A stretch of 64,000 nt of DNA from Bacteroidota bacterium (GCA_021801605.1 JAJYXU010000096.1:12290-76289); one strand, 5' to 3'. Counted from the first letter of the stretch, positions 31,301-43,911 are shown. The notes: generated from the letters alone by a model not told the origin. Program-made: numbers and translations.

Positions 31301-32613
31301 TAGGAATTTATGATGATGATAATAGACAAATAAAGAAATTTGATGTGCCTTATGGCGCAGAATTGATGGTAGGTGAAGGTCAAGAAATTAAGAAAGGTCA
31401 ACCGCTTTATAATCACGATCCATACAACTCTGTGATTGTTGCTGATGTAAGTGGTGAAGTTTCATTTATAGATTTGATTGATAACGTCACGATACAACAA
31501 GTTGCTGATGAGCAGACCGGACACGTTCAAAAAGTAGTAATCGAATCAAAAGACAAAACTTTAACTCCTAGTATTTCGTTAAAAGATAATAAAGGGAATG
31601 AAAAAGTATTTAACATTCCAACCCGTGCTTATTTATCCGTTGAAGAAGGTGAAGAAATTCAAGCTGGAACTATTCTAGCAAAAATTTCAAAATCATCAAC
31701 AAAGTCACGTGACATTACTGGAGGTTTACCGAGAGTAACAGAACTTTTCGAAGCGCGCCGCCCGCACGATCCAGCAGTAGTTTCTGAGATTGAAGGTAAA
31801 GTTAAGTTTGGTGCCCGCAAAAAAGGTTCGCGTGAAATCATAATCGAGTCACTTGACGGCTCAATTCAAAAAGTATATAATATTGCTTATGGAAAACATA
31901 CTCTTGTTCAAGAAGGCGATGAAATTCCAGCCGGTGAAAAAATAACTGATGGTCCAACGGATCCGCACGATATTCTAAAAATCAAAGGAACAAATGCTGT
32001 TCAGGAATATTTGGTAAATGAGATTCAGGATGTTTATCGTTTACAAGGTGTTAAGATTAATGATAAGCATATTGAGGTTATAGTACGCCAGATGTTGCAA
32101 AAACTTCAAGTTATCTCAGCCGGTGATACTATTTTTATTGAAGAGGATTTAGTTGATAGAAATAAATTTATTGACGAAAATGAAAAAGTCAAACAAATGG
32201 TTTACACCTCAGATCCTGGACAATCGAAATTTAAAATGGGTCAACTAATTACTAGGACAAAGTATAGAGAAATAAATGCTGATCTGACAAGAAAAAGCAA
32301 AAAGCCAATGAAAGTTCGCGATGCTGAACCAGCTACTTTCGATAACATTTTGCTTGGAATTACACACGCAGCACTTTCGACTGAAAGTTTTATATCTGCT
32401 GCCTCTTTCCAGGAAACAACAAAGGTATTAACAAATGCTGCTACGGAAGCTCGCGTTGATACTTTGGTTGGTCTTAAAGAAAATGTGGTTATGGGACATT
32501 TAATTCCTGCTGGTACTGGGCTTAAGAAATATAAAAACATCATATTAACCAGCGATGAAGTAGAAACAGTAGCACCCGAGGAAGTATTAGAGACAGAAAA
32601 ACAATCACTTTAG
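28372..32613 (+). CDS. rpoC: RNA polymerase beta' subunit
   Basis: [12 protein letters not shown] catalytic motif, N-terminal Zn finger. Confidence 0.99.
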   Translation: MRFKPQENKIKLIESLTIGLASPDDILSRSHGEVTKPETINYRSFRPEKDGLFCEKIFGPVKDWECACGKYKGIRYKGIVCDRCGVEVTLKSVRRERMGHIQLAVPVVHIWFFKALPSKIGNIIGMTTKELEKVIYYESYVVINPGPTGLNKKDLISEDQYYEIMGSLPHENDSLEDEDPKKFVARIGGDAIKHLLKKIDIEFTFLDLKSQLGPDISQQKRAELLKRLRVYEAFREYEGKVPNKPEWMVLNVVPVIPPELRPLVPLEGGRFATSDLNDLYRRVIIRNNRLKRLIDIKAPEVILRNEKRMLQEAVDALFDNSRRASAVRSDGNRPLKSLSDMLKGKQGRFRQNLLGKRVDYSGRSVIVVGPELKLHQCGLPKDMAVELFKPFIIRKLIERGHFKTVKSARKAVDRKDAMIWDILEKLIDGHPVMLNRAPTLHRLGIQAFQPILIDGKAIQLHPLVCTAFNADFDGDQMAVHVPLSYEAQLEASVLMLSSHNILSPQNGLPIVLPSQDIVLGLYYLTKLRPGAKGEGKIFSDVAEVLIAYNSKAVDLHAKIKVRIDSQMIETTVGRVIFNEIVPKEMGYINELLVKKSFSGFIYKMFIKIGNEKTAIFLDDLKELGYRYATAAGISISFSDMIVPDEKVKLIDDSNKKVSGILNEHEQGLITDAERYNKIVDVWTHTTNNVAKSLMDRIKTDQGGFNSLHMMVDSGARGSQDQVRQLAGMRGLMMKPQKSLTGQSGEIIENPIVANFKEGLSVLEYFISTHGARKGLADTALKTADAGYLTRRLCDVAQDVIITELDCETIRGVYISALKDVELEREPLAERITGRVAQEDVYDPRTDDLLIEAGDVITEEIAEKIDEANIDQVYIRTVLTCEAKRGVCAKCYGRNLTTGQLVENGEAVGIIAAQSIGEPGTQLTLRTFHLGGTSSRIASQSQVEANVNGIIKLDRVTFVEKTDFFGKVKVVIGRRGSIGIYDDDNRQIKKFDVPYGAELMVGEGQEIKKGQPLYNHDPYNSVIVADVSGEVSFIDLIDNVTIQQVADEQTGHVQKVVIESKDKTLTPSISLKDNKGNEKVFNIPTRAYLSVEEGEEIQAGTILAKISKSSTKSRDITGGLPRVTELFEARRPHDPAVVSEIEGKVKFGARKKGSREIIIESLDGSIQKVYNIAYGKHTLVQEGDEIPAGEKITDGPTDPHDILKIKGTNAVQEYLVNEIQDVYRLQGVKINDKHIEVIVRQMLQKLQVISAGDTIFIEEDLVDRNKFIDENEKVKQMVYTSDPGQSKFKMGQLITRTKYREINADLTRKSKKPMKVRDAEPATFDNILLGITHAALSTESFISAASFQETTKVLTNAATEARVDTLVGLKENVVMGHLIPAGTGLKKYKNIILTSDEVETVAPEEVLETEKQSL

Positions 32614-32644
32614 TAATAAAGTTGAAAAATAAGAACAGACTTTC

Positions 32645-32673
32645 TTGACAATTGAAATGAATATCAATAAATT
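32645..32673 (+). promoter_or_regulatory. str operon promoter
   Basis: TTGACA-N17-TAAATT upstream of rpsL. Confidence 0.75.
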
Positions 32674-32719
32674 TCAAATCTGAATTTTAATACAAAATAT
32701 TAGTTGTGGAGGTATTTAC

Positions 32720-33097
32720 GTGCCAACGATAAACCAGTTGGTTAGAAAAGGTAGAGTTGTTGTTTCATCGAAGAATAAAGCTCCGGCGTTAGATGCTTGC
32801 CCTCAAAAAAGAGGTGTTTGCACTAGAGTATATACAACAACTCCCAAAAAACCGAATTCAGCTTTAAGAAAAGTTGCAAGGGTTCGTTTGACAAATGGAA
32901 TTGAAGTTACTGCTTACATTCCTGGTGAAGGACATAATTTGCAAGAGCACTCTATTGTTCTAATTAGAGGTGGTAGAGTAAAAGATTTACCTGGTGTTCG
33001 TTATCATATAATTCGTGGCACACTTGATACAAGTGGCGTTGAAGATAGAAAGAAAAGTCGTTCCAAATATGGGACTAAAAAACCAAAAGCAAAATAA
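32720..33097 (+). CDS. rpsL: 30S ribosomal protein S12
   Basis: [21 protein letters not shown]. Confidence 0.99.
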   Translation: MPTINQLVRKGRVVVSSKNKAPALDACPQKRGVCTRVYTTTPKKPNSALRKVARVRLTNGIEVTAYIPGEGHNLQEHSIVLIRGGRVKDLPGVRYHIIRGTLDTSGVEDRKKSRSKYGTKKPKAK

Positions 33098-33103
33098 TTG
33101 ACT

Positions 33104-33571
33104 ATGAGAAAGAAAAAAGCAGAAAAAAGATATTTAAAACCCGACCCAAAATTTAATGATATTCTCGTTTCAAAATTCATTAACTATTTGATGTGGGCAG
33201 GGAAAAAATCTACAGCAAGAAGCATTGTTTATGACAGCTTCGATCTGATTGAACAAAAAACAAAAAAACCTGCTATTGAAGTTTTTAAAAAAGCGGTTCA
33301 AAATGTTCAGCCATTAGTCGAGGTTAGAAGCAGAAGAGTGGGCGGTGCAACTTATCAAGTCCCTATGGAAGTTAGACCAGAAAGAAGAACTGCGTTGGCT
33401 TTTCGCTGGATTAAGACTTATGCGCGTGATAGAAAAGATAAATCTATGGCTCTTAAAGTTGCAGCAGAATTGATGGCTGCGGCAAACGGAGAAGGTTCTG
33501 CAGTTAAGAAAAAAGATGATACACATCGTATGGCGGAAGCAAATAAGGCATTCGCTCATTTTAAGTGGTAA
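33104..33571 (+). CDS. rpsG: 30S ribosomal protein S7
   Basis: [25 protein letters not shown] start at 33104. Confidence 0.98.
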   Translation: MRKKKAEKRYLKPDPKFNDILVSKFINYLMWAGKKSTARSIVYDSFDLIEQKTKKPAIEVFKKAVQNVQPLVEVRSRRVGGATYQVPMEVRPERRTALAFRWIKTYARDRKDKSMALKVAAELMAAANGEGSAVKKKDDTHRMAEANKAFAHFKW

Positions 33572-33595
33572 GGTAGAAAAGGAATTATAATTTAG

Positions 33596-35695
33596 ATGTC
33601 CAAGCGTGTTGAAATAGATAAAGTAAGAAACATCGGTATTATGGCTCATATAGATGCTGGTAAAACCACAACTACAGAGCGCATTCTATATTATACTGGA
33701 AAATTACATAGAATGGGCGAAGTACATGATGGCGCCGCAACTATGGATTGGATGGAACAAGAAAAAGAACGTGGTATAACAATTACAAGTGCCGCTACAA
33801 CAACATTCTGGAGAGAGCATCAAATAAATATTATTGATACTCCTGGGCATGTGGATTTTACTGTTGAAGTCGAAAGATCTTTACGAGTTTTAGATGGTGC
33901 AATAGCTCTTTTCTGTGCGGTCGGCGGTGTTGAACCTCAATCGGAAACAGTTTGGAGACAAGCTGATAAATATAACGTTCCAAGAATTTCATTTGTAAAT
34001 AAAATGGATAGAATTGGAGCCGATTTTTTCAATGCTGTCAAGATGATGAAAGAAAAACTTGGTGCCCCGGCTGTTCCAATAAATCTTCCTGTTGGTGAAG
34101 GTGATTTATTTAGAGGCATTATAGATTTAATGAACATGCGGGCTATAATGTTTATTGAAGAATCATTAGGAGCAGATTTTGAAGAGGTTGATATTCCTGT
34201 TGATCTTTTGCCCTTGGCTCAAAAATATAGAACTTGGATGCTCGAAGCGGTATCCGATGTTGACGATACTTTATTAGAAAAGTACCTTGAAGGGAAAGAA
34301 ATTACTGAAGATGAAATCAAAAAAGTTTTAAGAGAAGCTACTATTCAGGGAAAAATTATTCCTGTATTATGTGGTTCTTCATTTAAGAATAAAGGAGTGC
34401 AACAATTACTAGACTCTGTTGTTGATTTTTTACCATCTCCACTTGATTCTGGAAATTTATCAGCGCATCATATTTTTAAGAATGATCACGTTGAAAGGAA
34501 AATTGATCCTAATGAAAAATTTGCTGCTCTGGCTTTTAAAATTATGACCGATCCATATGTTGGTAAGCTAACATTTATAAGAGTATACACCGGAACATTG
34601 AAAGCTGGATCGTATATTTTTAATTCCGTATCTGATAAAAAAGAGAGAGTTGGAAGAGTTCTTCAGATGCATGCTAATACGCGGGAAGATTTAGAAACTA
34701 TTAGATGCGGCGATATAGCAGCAATTGTTGGTTTAAAACATACGAGAACCGGCGATACACTTTGCACCGAAGAAGATGCTATTGTTCTTGAGAAGATGAT
34801 ATTTCCCGAGCCTGTTATTCAAATTGCTATTGAACCGAAGACGAAAGCGGATCAAGATAAACTTTCCGAATCACTTGCAAAACTTTCTGATGAGGATCCG
34901 ACATTTAAAGTTAAGGTTGATGATGAAACCGGTCAGACCCTTATAAGCGGCATGGGCGAACTTCATCTTGAAATTCTTGTTGATAGAATGAAACGTGAAT
35001 TTAAGGTTGAAGCCAATGTTGGTAAACCGCAAGTAGCTTATAGAGAAACTATTACTAAGACAGTCCAAGCTGAAGGTAAGTTTGTCAAACAATCTGGCGG
35101 TCGCGGCAAGTATGGGCACGTTTGGATTGAACTTTCGCCAAACGAACCTGGAAAAGGATTTGAGTTTGAAAATGCAATTGTTGGTGGCGTAGTTCCAAAA
35201 GAATATATTAATCCCGTTATGCATGGTTTACAAGATTCTTTAAGAAATGGTGTGTTGGCTGGTTTTCCGGTCGTTGATGTTAAAGCAAAACTATATGATG
35301 GATCCTATCACGATGTTGATTCTGATGAAATTTCATTTAAGGTTGCTGCTTCGATGGCTTTTAAGCAGGGTGCATTGAAAGCAAGCCCGGTTCTTCTTGA
35401 GCCGATGATGAGCGTTGAAGTTATTTCACCAGAAGAATATCTAGGTGATGTGATGGGTGATCTAAATTCGAGAAGAGGAAAAATAGAAGGATTTACATCG
35501 AGAAAAGATGCTCAAGTAATTAAGGCAATGGTTCCTCTTGCTCAAATGTTTGGTTATGCAACAATTCTGAGATCGATGACTCAAGGACGTGCAATTTACT
35601 CTATGCAGTTTTCACATTATTCAGAAGTGCCAAAATCTGTTGCCGAAGAGATTCAAGAAAAATCTCAAGCAAAGAAACATGCTGAATCACATTAG
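33596..35695 (+). CDS. fusA: Elongation factor G
   Basis: [29 protein letters not shown]. Confidence 0.99.
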   Translation: MSKRVEIDKVRNIGIMAHIDAGKTTTTERILYYTGKLHRMGEVHDGAATMDWMEQEKERGITITSAATTTFWREHQINIIDTPGHVDFTVEVERSLRVLDGAIALFCAVGGVEPQSETVWRQADKYNVPRISFVNKMDRIGADFFNAVKMMKEKLGAPAVPINLPVGEGDLFRGIIDLMNMRAIMFIEESLGADFEEVDIPVDLLPLAQKYRTWMLEAVSDVDDTLLEKYLEGKEITEDEIKKVLREATIQGKIIPVLCGSSFKNKGVQQLLDSVVDFLPSPLDSGNLSAHHIFKNDHVERKIDPNEKFAALAFKIMTDPYVGKLTFIRVYTGTLKAGSYIFNSVSDKKERVGRVLQMHANTREDLETIRCGDIAAIVGLKHTRTGDTLCTEEDAIVLEKMIFPEPVIQIAIEPKTKADQDKLSESLAKLSDEDPTFKVKVDDETGQTLISGMGELHLEILVDRMKREFKVEANVGKPQVAYRETITKTVQAEGKFVKQSGGRGKYGHVWIELSPNEPGKGFEFENAIVGGVVPKEYINPVMHGLQDSLRNGVLAGFPVVDVKAKLYDGSYHDVDSDEISFKVAASMAFKQGALKASPVLLEPMMSVEVISPEEYLGDVMGDLNSRRGKIEGFTSRKDAQVIKAMVPLAQMFGYATILRSMTQGRAIYSMQFSHYSEVPKSVAEEIQEKSQAKKHAESH

Positions 35696-35751
35696 ACAAT
35701 AATTAAAATAAATAATTAAAGAAATAAAAATCATTAAGGAGAGTATTTAAG

Positions 35752-36957
35752 ATGGCAAAAGAAAAATTTGACCGTAGTAAACCTCACGTTAATATTGGTA
35801 CTATCGGACATGTAGACCATGGTAAAACTACTCTTACTGCTGCCATCACCATGGCCCTTGCTAAAAAAGGATTATCGCAAGTTAGAACATTCGACAGTAT
35901 TGATAATGCCCCTGAAGAAAGAGAAAGAGGTATTACAATTGCTACTGCTCACGTAGAATATTCAACTGCAAACAGACATTATGCTCATGTTGATTGTCCT
36001 GGTCACGCAGATTATGTTAAGAACATGATCACTGGTGCCGCTCAGATGGATGGTGCAATATTAGTAGTTGCTGCAACAGATGGTCCTATGCCTCAAACAC
36101 GCGAACACATTCTGCTCGCTCGTCAGGTAGGCGTTCCAAAAATTGTTGTTTTCATGAATAAAGTTGATGCTGTTGATGATCAAGAACTTATTGACTTAGT
36201 TGAAATGGAATTAAGAGAACTTTTAACAAAATATGAGTTCCCTGGCGATGAAATTCCAATTATCAAAGGTTCTGCTTTACACGCTTTAGAAGCCGGTGCA
36301 TCAGGTGCTGATCCATCCGATCCAAGGTATAATTGCATTTGGGAGCTTATGGATGCAGTTGATACATATATTCCGGTTCCGGAAAGAAGTATAGACAAAC
36401 CTTTCTTGATGCCGGTTGAAGACGTTTTCTCAATCACTGGTCGTGGCACTGTAGCTACGGGTAGAGTTGAAAGAGGTCAAGTAAAAATTCAAGAAGAAGT
36501 TGAATTAATTGGTTTAGGTGCGCACAAGAAAACAGTCGTTACCGGAATTGAAATGTTCCGTAAAGAACTTGATTCTGCAATGGCTGGTGATAACGCTGGT
36601 ATTTTATTAAGAGGCGTTGATAAAACTGAAATCGAAAGAGGAATGGTTCTTGCAAAAACAGGTTCTATAACTCCTCACAAAAAATATGAAGGTAAGGTTT
36701 ACATTCTTTCAAAAGATGAAGGCGGACGCCACACACCATTCTTTAATGGTTACAGACCTCAGTTCTATTTCAGAACAACTGACGTAACCGGTATTGCTAC
36801 TTTACCGGAAGGGACCGAAATGGTTATGCCTGGTGATAGCGTGACTCTTAAAATCGATTTGATTTCCGAAATTGCTATGGAAGAAGGTCTTAAGTTCGCA
36901 ATTCGTGAAGGTGGTAGAACAGTTGGTGCTGGTTTCGTTACAAAGATTATCGAGTAA
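35752..36957 (+). CDS. tuf: Elongation factor Tu
   Basis: [27 protein letters not shown]. Confidence 0.99.
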   Translation: MAKEKFDRSKPHVNIGTIGHVDHGKTTLTAAITMALAKKGLSQVRTFDSIDNAPEERERGITIATAHVEYSTANRHYAHVDCPGHADYVKNMITGAAQMDGAILVVAATDGPMPQTREHILLARQVGVPKIVVFMNKVDAVDDQELIDLVEMELRELLTKYEFPGDEIPIIKGSALHALEAGASGADPSDPRYNCIWELMDAVDTYIPVPERSIDKPFLMPVEDVFSITGRGTVATGRVERGQVKIQEEVELIGLGAHKKTVVTGIEMFRKELDSAMAGDNAGILLRGVDKTEIERGMVLAKTGSITPHKKYEGKVYILSKDEGGRHTPFFNGYRPQFYFRTTDVTGIATLPEGTEMVMPGDSVTLKIDLISEIAMEEGLKFAIREGGRTVGAGFVTKIIE

Positions 36958-36970
36958 AATAAATTATTTG

Positions 36971-37140
36971 AGAGGTTGTCTAAAAAGTAATAGATATTTA
37001 AAAATAGCACGCTGATTACACGGACTCACTCCGTGGAATAAATTGATAATTAAATTTATTGCAAAAGGTAAAATGTTATTCCACGGGGTAAACGGATTTT
37101 CACAGATTTTTAATTGGATAATTACTTTTTAGAGAGCATT
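36971..37140. repeat. MITE-like inverted-repeat element with nested palindrome in the tuf-rpsJ spacer
   Basis: Perfect 13-bp IR TCTAAAAAGTAAT (36979-91) / ATTACTTTTTAGA (37121-33); inner IR ACTCCGTGGAATAA (37028-41) / TTATTCCACGGGGT (37076-89). Confidence 0.65.
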
Positions 37141-37168
37141 ACTATGTTGAACAAGGAGATTATAAAAA

Positions 37169-37477
37169 GTGCCCGGTCAGAAAATTAGAATCAAGCTTAA
37201 GTCATACGATCATATATTGATTGACAAATCAACCGAAAAGATTATTAAAACAGTTAAAAGCACCGGTGCTGTTGTATCCGGACCGATTCCGTTGCCAACA
37301 CGCAGAACAGTGTTCACAGTTTTAAGATCACCGCACGTTGATAAAAAATCAAGAGAACAATTTGAGATTAGGGCACATAAAAGAATTATTGATATACATA
37401 ATTCAAATAATAAAACAGTTGACGCACTTAGCAAATTAGACATTCCCGCTGGCGTTGACATTGAGATTAAGTTATAG
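37169..37477 (+). CDS. rpsJ: 30S ribosomal protein S10
   Basis: [21 protein letters not shown]. Confidence 0.98.
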   Translation: MPGQKIRIKLKSYDHILIDKSTEKIIKTVKSTGAVVSGPIPLPTRRTVFTVLRSPHVDKKSREQFEIRAHKRIIDIHNSNNKTVDALSKLDIPAGVDIEIKL

Positions 37478-37488
37478 GAATCATTGAA

Positions 37489-38112
37489 ATGCCTGGCTTG
37501 TTAGCAAAAAAATTAGGAATGACAAATATATTTTCGGAAGACGGTAAAATTGTACCGGTTACAGTTTTAGAAGTCGGTCCGTGTAATGTATACGCAATCA
37601 AATCGAAAGAGAGAGATGGCTACGAAGCTGTTCAGCTTGGATTTGGTGAAAAGAAAGAGAAGAGAACAAGCAAACCTCAACTCGATTATTATAAAAAGCA
37701 CGGATTGAAAATTCCTCAAACGGTAAAAGAATTCAGAAATTTTGATGCGTCGCAATATAAAATTGGCGATGAATTAAAAACTGATATTTTCGAAGTCGGT
37801 GATAAAGTAAAAGTATCCGGAAAGAGCAAAGGAAAAGGTTTTCAGGGTGTAATGAGAAGACATAATTTTGGCGGTGTCGGAGGAACAACACACGGTCAAA
37901 GCGATAGATTAAGAGCTCCCGGTTCAATCGGCTCAAGTTCTTATCCATCAAGAGTATTCAAAGGTCAACGTATGGCTGGAAGAATGGGCTTTGACAACGT
38001 TACTGCTCCAAATTTAAAAGTTGTAAAAATTATTGCTGAAAAAAATATAATTATGGTTAAAGGAGCTGTTCCAGGCTCTATTAATTCAATTGTTGCTATC
38101 AACAAAAAATAA
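37489..38112 (+). CDS. rplC: 50S ribosomal protein L3
   Basis: KGKGFQGVMRRH, RVFKGQRMAGRMG. Confidence 0.98.
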   Translation: MPGLLAKKLGMTNIFSEDGKIVPVTVLEVGPCNVYAIKSKERDGYEAVQLGFGEKKEKRTSKPQLDYYKKHGLKIPQTVKEFRNFDASQYKIGDELKTDIFEVGDKVKVSGKSKGKGFQGVMRRHNFGGVGGTTHGQSDRLRAPGSIGSSSYPSRVFKGQRMAGRMGFDNVTAPNLKVVKIIAEKNIIMVKGAVPGSINSIVAINKK

Positions 38113-38123
38113 GTTTGATAAAA

Positions 38124-38750
38124 ATGAAATTAGAAGTTTATAAACAGGACGGCACAAAATCTGGCGAGACAGTAGAACTCTCAAAAGAAATTTTCGAAAT
38201 CGAACCGAATGATCACGTTCTTTATTTGGCGGTAAAAGCTTTTCTGGCAAATCAACGTCAGGGCACACACAAGTCAAAAGAAAGGAGTGAAGTTAGTGGT
38301 GGCGGTAAAAAACCCTGGAAGCAAAAAGGTCGCGGTGGAGCTCGTGCCGGTACCTCTCGTTCTCCAATTTGGGTTGGCGGCGGAAGAATATTCGGACCTA
38401 AACCGCATACTTACAAACAGAAGTTAAACAAGAAAGTTTTGAGTCTTGCTAGAAAATCTGCTCTCTCTTACAAAGCCAAAGCAAATCAAATAATGGTTGT
38501 TGAAGATTTTAACTTTGATGGACCAAAAACTAAAGACTTTGCTTCTTTGTTGAACGCGCTGAAAGTAAAAGGCAAAAGAACATTACTTCTGACAAATGGT
38601 ACTCAAGAAAATATTTATAAATCCGGGCGAAATATTACAAAAGTAAATGTATTAGAAGCCAACAAAGCATCCGCATACGATTTGTTGAACAATCAAGTTT
38701 TATTAGTACAGAAAAGTGCAGTTACTCTTTTAGAAAACACAATAAATTAA
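38124..38750 (+). CDS. rplD: 50S ribosomal protein L4
   Basis: RQGTH, KPWKQKGRGGARAG; ATG start at 38124. Confidence 0.97.
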   Translation: MKLEVYKQDGTKSGETVELSKEIFEIEPNDHVLYLAVKAFLANQRQGTHKSKERSEVSGGGKKPWKQKGRGGARAGTSRSPIWVGGGRIFGPKPHTYKQKLNKKVLSLARKSALSYKAKANQIMVVEDFNFDGPKTKDFASLLNALKVKGKRTLLLTNGTQENIYKSGRNITKVNVLEANKASAYDLLNNQVLLVQKSAVTLLENTIN

Positions 38751-38762
38751 ATCGGTTTAAAA

Positions 38763-39059
38763 ATGAAAAGTGTTCTAGTACGACCTTTAATAACAGAAAA
38801 GATGAGCGGCATTAGCGAAAAGCATGCTGGCAAGTACGGCTTTATTGTAGCTGTTGATGCAAACAAGATCGAAATAGCTAAAGCTCTCAAAGCAAAATTT
38901 AATGTAGATGTATCTTCCGTCAATACGATTAGATATAAAGGAAAAGCAAAAACTCAATTGACTAAGAAGGGTAGATTTACAGGAAGAACACCAAAGTTTA
39001 AAAAAGCAATAGTTACCTTAAAAGAAGGTCAAACATTAGATATTTTTGGTCAAGCATAG
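38763..39059 (+). CDS. rplW: 50S ribosomal protein L23
   Basis: PLITEK, ANKIEI, KKAIVTL. Confidence 0.97.
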   Translation: MKSVLVRPLITEKMSGISEKHAGKYGFIVAVDANKIEIAKALKAKFNVDVSSVNTIRYKGKAKTQLTKKGRFTGRTPKFKKAIVTLKEGQTLDIFGQA

Positions 39060-39086
39060 TATTACCGAAACTCGGAGCTGAATTAA

Positions 39087-39911
39087 ATGGCAATTAGAAA
39101 ATTAAAACCAAATACACCCGGAACGAGATTTATGAGTATCTCTTCATTTGAAGAGATTACAAAGACTTCGCCTGAAAAAGCGTTGACTGCTGCAATTAAA
39201 AAATCCGGCGGTAGAAATAATCAAGGAAGAATCACTTCCCGTCATCGTGGCGGCGGGCATAAAAGACGTTATAGAATAGTAGATTTCAAACGTGATAAAA
39301 ATGGAATTCCGGCAAAAGTTTTTTCAATTGAATACGATCCGAACAGAACATCCAGAATTGCTCTTCTTAATTATGCAGATGGAGAAAAGAGATACATCAT
39401 TGCGCCAGATGGTTTGAAAGTAGGTGCTTCGGTTGTTTCAGGCGCTGGTTCGGAAATTAAAGTTGGCAACGCAATGCCGTTAAAAGAAATTCCGCCTGGA
39501 AGTTTTATTCACAACGTGGAATTAAGACCCGGTAAAGGCGGTCAGCTTGGAAGATCAGCTGGTTCATCACTTCAATTAATGGCGCGTGAAGGAAAGATGG
39601 CTCAGCTTAAAATGCCTTCCGGTGAAGTAAGAATGGTTTCTGTTGATTGTATGGCTACTTACGGTGTTGTTGGAAATATTGATCATGAGAATATTAGTCT
39701 TGGTAAAGCAGGTAGAAGCAGATGGCTTGGCATTCGTCCTGCAAGCCGTGGTGTTGCTAAGAATCCTGTAGATCACCCGATGGGCGGAGGTGAAGGTAAA
39801 ACATCCGGCGGCGGTCATCCAGTTTCTCCTTGGGGACAAAAAGCAAAAGGATTAAAAACACGAAAGAGAAAAAATCTTTCGAACAAATACATAGTTAAAA
39901 GAAAAAAATAG
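39087..39911 (+). CDS. rplB: 50S ribosomal protein L2
   Basis: [19 protein letters not shown]. Confidence 0.99.
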   Translation: MAIRKLKPNTPGTRFMSISSFEEITKTSPEKALTAAIKKSGGRNNQGRITSRHRGGGHKRRYRIVDFKRDKNGIPAKVFSIEYDPNRTSRIALLNYADGEKRYIIAPDGLKVGASVVSGAGSEIKVGNAMPLKEIPPGSFIHNVELRPGKGGQLGRSAGSSLQLMAREGKMAQLKMPSGEVRMVSVDCMATYGVVGNIDHENISLGKAGRSRWLGIRPASRGVAKNPVDHPMGGGEGKTSGGGHPVSPWGQKAKGLKTRKRKNLSNKYIVKRKK

Positions 39912-39924
39912 GTCAGAGTAGAAT

Positions 39925-40212
39925 ATGCCAAGATCAGTTAAAAAAGGTCCATTCATAGACCTAAAGTTAATGCAGAAAGTAAAAAAACTGAACGATACTA
40001 ATCAGAAGAAAATAATTAAGACTTGGTCACGTACAAGTACAATTACTCCTGACTTTGTCGGTCACACAATTGCTGTACATAACGGCAATAAAATGATACC
40101 CGTTTATGTTTCTGAAAATATGGTTGGTCATAAACTCGGCGAGTTTGCACCGACAAGAATTTTTAGAGGTCACCCGGGAACTAAAGCTGAAAAAGCATCT
40201 AAAGTAAAGTGA
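39925..40212 (+). CDS. rpsS: 30S ribosomal protein S19
   Basis: [21 protein letters not shown]. Confidence 0.98.
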   Translation: MPRSVKKGPFIDLKLMQKVKKLNDTNQKKIIKTWSRTSTITPDFVGHTIAVHNGNKMIPVYVSENMVGHKLGEFAPTRIFRGHPGTKAEKASKVK

Positions 40213-40225
40213 TTCTAGGAAAATA

Positions 40226-40573
40226 ATGATGGAAGCTAAATCAACTCACAAATACATTGGAACATCACCGCGAAAAATGAGATTAGTAATTGATCTTATC
40301 AGAGGTAAATCGGTAGAACAAGCTATCGAGATACTTCATTTTTCGCCAAAGCATTCTTCCAAAGATGCGGTTAAAGTTTTACGTTCCGCTGTATCAAATT
40401 TAATGAACAAGGACGAAAACACAAAGCACGATGTTTCTGACTTTTTTGTAAAAGAAGCTTTTGTGAATCAAGGTCCTACCTTGAAAAGAATTTCGGCAGC
40501 ACCAATGGGTCGGGCGTATAAAATAAGAAAAAGATCTAATCACGTAACTATTGTTGTAGCTACAAAAAAGTAA
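40226..40573 (+). CDS. rplV: 50S ribosomal protein L22
   Basis: SPRKMRLVIDLIRG, GPTLKR. Confidence 0.97.
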   Translation: MMEAKSTHKYIGTSPRKMRLVIDLIRGKSVEQAIEILHFSPKHSSKDAVKVLRSAVSNLMNKDENTKHDVSDFFVKEAFVNQGPTLKRISAAPMGRAYKIRKRSNHVTIVVATKK

Positions 40574-40588
40574 TCTCAGGAGGAAGTT

Positions 40589-41230
40589 TTGGGTCAGAAG
40601 GTTAATCCAATTGGTTTTAGAGTTGGTATCATCAAAGGATGGGAATCGAACTGGTATGAAAACAAAAGCTATGCTGTTAAGCTTGTTGAAGATAAGAAAC
40701 TTAGAACCTATGTAAGAAAAAGATTACAAAACGCTGGAATTTCTTCCATCGTTATTGATAGAACTTCTAAAAATATTGTTCTTACTATTCATACATCCAG
40801 ACCCGGTGTTGTTATTGGTAAAAGCGGAAAAGAAATTGCCCAGCTTGAAGAAGAATTAAAAAAATTGACCGATAAAGAAGTTAAGATTCAGATCACAGAA
40901 ATTAAAAGACCAGAACTAGATGCAAATTTAGTAGCAGAAAATATTGCAAGACAACTTGAAGGAAGAGTATCCTTTAGAAGAGCTATGAAACAATCAATTA
41001 CAACAGCAATGAGAATGGGTGCTGAAGGAATTAGAATTATGTGTGCCGGTAGATTAGGCGGTGCAGAAATGGCTCGTACAGAACAATACAAAGAAGGCAG
41101 AATTCCTTTACATACAATACGTGCCGACATAAATTATGGTACGGCAACTGCGCAGACAATCTACGGTTCATTAGGAGTTAAAGTTTGGATCTGCCGCGGA
41201 GAAATTTTAGGTAAACGTTCAACCGAATAA
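40589..41230 (+). CDS. rpsC: 30S ribosomal protein S3
   Basis: [22 protein letters not shown]. Confidence 0.98.
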   Translation: MGQKVNPIGFRVGIIKGWESNWYENKSYAVKLVEDKKLRTYVRKRLQNAGISSIVIDRTSKNIVLTIHTSRPGVVIGKSGKEIAQLEEELKKLTDKEVKIQITEIKRPELDANLVAENIARQLEGRVSFRRAMKQSITTAMRMGAEGIRIMCAGRLGGAEMARTEQYKEGRIPLHTIRADINYGTATAQTIYGSLGVKVWICRGEILGKRSTE

Positions 41231-41251
41231 TAAGTTTGAGGAATATTTTTC

Positions 41252-41671
41252 ATGTTAATGCCCAAAAGAGTAAAGTTTCGTAAAGCACATAGAGGTAGAA
41301 GGGCCGGTAAAGCAACCCGCGGTCATCTTGTTAACTTTGGCGATTACGGTTTGAAAGCATTGGAACCAGCATGGATCACAAGCAGACAGATTGAAGCATG
41401 CCGTGTTGCTCTTTCCCGTCATATGAAGAGAGACGGAAAAATGTGGATCAGAATTTTTCCTGATAAACCGGTCACCAAAAAACCTCTTGAAACAAGAATG
41501 GGTAAAGGTAAAGGCGCTCCTGAATTTTGGGTTGCCGTTGTTAAACCCGGAAGAATCATGTTTGAGATCGGCGGTATAGATAAGAAAACTGCTCATGAAG
41601 CGATGGCTATTGCTTCTCACAAGCTGCCAATTAAAACTAAAATTTGTCAACGTCCGGACTTAGAAGCATAA
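41252..41671 (+). CDS. rplP: 50S ribosomal protein L16
   Basis: [18 protein letters not shown]. Confidence 0.98.
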   Translation: MLMPKRVKFRKAHRGRRAGKATRGHLVNFGDYGLKALEPAWITSRQIEACRVALSRHMKRDGKMWIRIFPDKPVTKKPLETRMGKGKGAPEFWVAVVKPGRIMFEIGGIDKKTAHEAMAIASHKLPIKTKICQRPDLEA

Positions 41672-41686
41672 AAGGATTTAACGAAA

Positions 41687-41905
41687 ATGAAGATTTTTGA
41701 AATTAGAGAAATGTCTACAGAAGAGATCAAGAAAAGAATTTTTGAAGATCAAAAAAATCTTGTGGACTTAAATTTTCAGCAGGAATTAAAAAACTTAACA
41801 AATACTGCTAAACTGCATTCGGTTAAAAAAGATATCGCCAAGATGAAAACAATTCTTAAAGAGCGAGAAATGCAGGAAGCAAAAAACTCAAAGGCAAAAA
41901 AATAA
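41687..41905 (+). CDS. rpmC: 50S ribosomal protein L29
   Basis: [11 protein letters not shown]; between rplP and rpsQ. Confidence 0.93.
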   Translation: MKIFEIREMSTEEIKKRIFEDQKNLVDLNFQQELKNLTNTAKLHSVKKDIAKMKTILKEREMQEAKNSKAKK

Positions 41906-41922
41906 GGAGTATTCGAGTTCCT

Positions 41923-42180
41923 ATGGAGAAAAGAAGTTTAAGAAAAACCAGGATCGGTACTGTTGTTAGTAACAAAATGCAGAAAAGTATAATCGTTGCC
42001 ATAGAAAGACAGGTGGCTCATCCTATTTATAAAAAATATTTCAAAAAGACCACTAAACTAATGGCTCACGACGAAAAACAGGAATGTAAGATTGGTGATG
42101 TCGTAAAGATTATGGAAACACGTCCTTTGAGTAAAAGAAAAAATTGGCGCTTGGTTCAAATTGTTGAAAAAGCCAAGTAA
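41923..42180 (+). CDS. rpsQ: 30S ribosomal protein S17
   Basis: [23 protein letters not shown]. Confidence 0.97.
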   Translation: MEKRSLRKTRIGTVVSNKMQKSIIVAIERQVAHPIYKKYFKKTTKLMAHDEKQECKIGDVVKIMETRPLSKRKNWRLVQIVEKAK

Positions 42181-42205
42181 TAAAAGTTTGAGGAGCAGAT
42201 AAACA

Positions 42206-42574
42206 ATGGTACAAGAAGAAACTAATTTAATTGTAGCGGATAATTCCGGCGCTAAAAAGGTACAATGCATTCGTGTACTTGGCGGCAGCGACCGTCGTTA
42301 TGCGAGTGTTGGCGATGTTATCGTTGTGAGCGTAAAGTCTGCAATTCCTGGCGGCGGTGTTAAGAAAGGCGAAGTTAGCCGTGCAGTAGTTGTTAGAACA
42401 AAAAAAGAAGTTAGAAGAAACGACGGCTCTTATATTCGCTTCGACGAAAATGCTGCGGTTCTTTTAAACGCTCAAGGCGAACCTAAAGGTACCCGTATAT
42501 TCGGTCCCGTTGCAAGAGAACTCAGAGATAAGAAATTCATGAAAATTATCTCGCTAGCTCCAGAAGTATTATAA
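42206..42574 (+). CDS. rplN: 50S ribosomal protein L14
   Basis: [19 protein letters not shown]. Confidence 0.98.
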   Translation: MVQEETNLIVADNSGAKKVQCIRVLGGSDRRYASVGDVIVVSVKSAIPGGGVKKGEVSRAVVVRTKKEVRRNDGSYIRFDENAAVLLNAQGEPKGTRIFGPVARELRDKKFMKIISLAPEVL

Positions 42575-42585
42575 GGATAGAGAAA

Positions 42586-42912
42586 ATGAAGATTAGAAAA
42601 AATGATTCAGTAGTAGTTATAGCCGGAAATAGTAAGGGCAAAACTGGAAAAGTCTTAAAAGTATTTCCAGTAAAGAACCGTGTTATTGTCGAAGGTATTA
42701 ATCTTCGTAAACGACACACTAAACCGAGTCAGAAATCTCCTCAAGGTGGAATTACTGAAAAGGAAGCTCCAATTAATGTTTCTAATGTTATGATATTGGA
42801 TCCAAAGACGAATGAAAAAACAAGAATTGGTGCAAAACTTATTATAGATGAAAAAACAGGCAAGAAGAGAAGCGTTAGAATTAGCAGAACTAGCGGTGAA
42901 ATGATTGCTTAA
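42586..42912 (+). CDS. rplX: 50S ribosomal protein L24
   Basis: [22 protein letters not shown]. Confidence 0.97.
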   Translation: MKIRKNDSVVVIAGNSKGKTGKVLKVFPVKNRVIVEGINLRKRHTKPSQKSPQGGITEKEAPINVSNVMILDPKTNEKTRIGAKLIIDEKTGKKRSVRISRTSGEMIA

Positions 42913-42955
42913 TAAATTCGCTGTGGCGAATAAATTTTAAGGATAAGTAATTACG

Positions 42956-43615
42956 ATGGCAAAAGAACCAAAAGAAAAGAAAGAGCAGAAAGAAGTTAAA
43001 GAGAAAAAGGTTAAGGTTGTTGAAGAAAAAAAACCAGCAGCCAAAGTTATTCAACCAAAAATTCCGGCTCGATTAAAAGAAAAATATCAGAAAGAGATTG
43101 TTCCAAAGTTACGCGAACAATTTGCTTATAAGAGCATAATGGAAGTTCCCAAGCTCGAAAAAATTGTTGTAAATATGGGTGTTGGTCAAGCTGCTTCCGA
43201 TGCAAAAATTTTAGATGAAGCCGTTCGCGATCTAGAAACCATTTCCGGTCAGAAGCCATCTGTTAGAATTGCAAAGAAAGCTATCTCTAACTTTAAGCTG
43301 CGTGAGGGTATGAAGATTGGTGCTAAGGTTACCTTAAGAAGAGAAATGATGTATGAATTTTTAGACCGCTTTATTTCACTTGCTTTGCCACGTGTGCGCG
43401 ATTTTAGAGGCATTCCGGATAAATCTTTTGACGGAAGAGGCAACTATACACTTGGATTAAAAGAACAGATCATATTTCCGGAAATCAATGTTGATAAGGT
43501 AACAAAGATTTTAGGAATGGATATAACATTCGTTACAACGGCAAAGACAGATAAAGAAGCTCTTGAATTATTGGCAGCTTTCGGTATGCCGTTTAGAAAA
43601 AAAGAAATTAATTAA
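42956..43615 (+). CDS. rplE: 50S ribosomal protein L5 with Lys/Glu-rich N-terminal extension
   Basis: [25 protein letters not shown]. Confidence 0.97.
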   Translation: MAKEPKEKKEQKEVKEKKVKVVEEKKPAAKVIQPKIPARLKEKYQKEIVPKLREQFAYKSIMEVPKLEKIVVNMGVGQAASDAKILDEAVRDLETISGQKPSVRIAKKAISNFKLREGMKIGAKVTLRREMMYEFLDRFISLALPRVRDFRGIPDKSFDGRGNYTLGLKEQIIFPEINVDKVTKILGMDITFVTTAKTDKEALELLAAFGMPFRKKEIN

Positions 43616-43624
43616 AGGGAAGAC

Positions 43625-43894
43625 ATGGCAAGAAAAAGTTTGCTCGCGCGCGAAGATAAAAGAAAAGCCCTTATAGATAAATTTGCGGCGCGTAGAAAAG
43701 AATTGAAAGAGAAGGGTGATTATGAGGGCTTACAGCTTCTTCCAAGAAATTCTGCCCCCACCCGTTTACATAACAGATGTAAAATGACCGGAAGACCGAG
43801 AGCGTATTACAGAAAATTTGGTGTCTCTCGTTTAGTTCTACGCGAAATGGCTTTACGCGGTTTAATCCCTGGTCTTAAAAAAGCAAGTTGGTAA
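43625..43894 (+). CDS. rpsN: 30S ribosomal protein S14 (89-aa zinc-independent type)
   Basis: [22 protein letters not shown]; no CxxC pairs. Confidence 0.97.
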   Translation: MARKSLLAREDKRKALIDKFAARRKELKEKGDYEGLQLLPRNSAPTRLHNRCKMTGRPRAYYRKFGVSRLVLREMALRGLIPGLKKASW

Positions 43895-43911
43895 CCGAAG
43901 GAGAAATGTAA

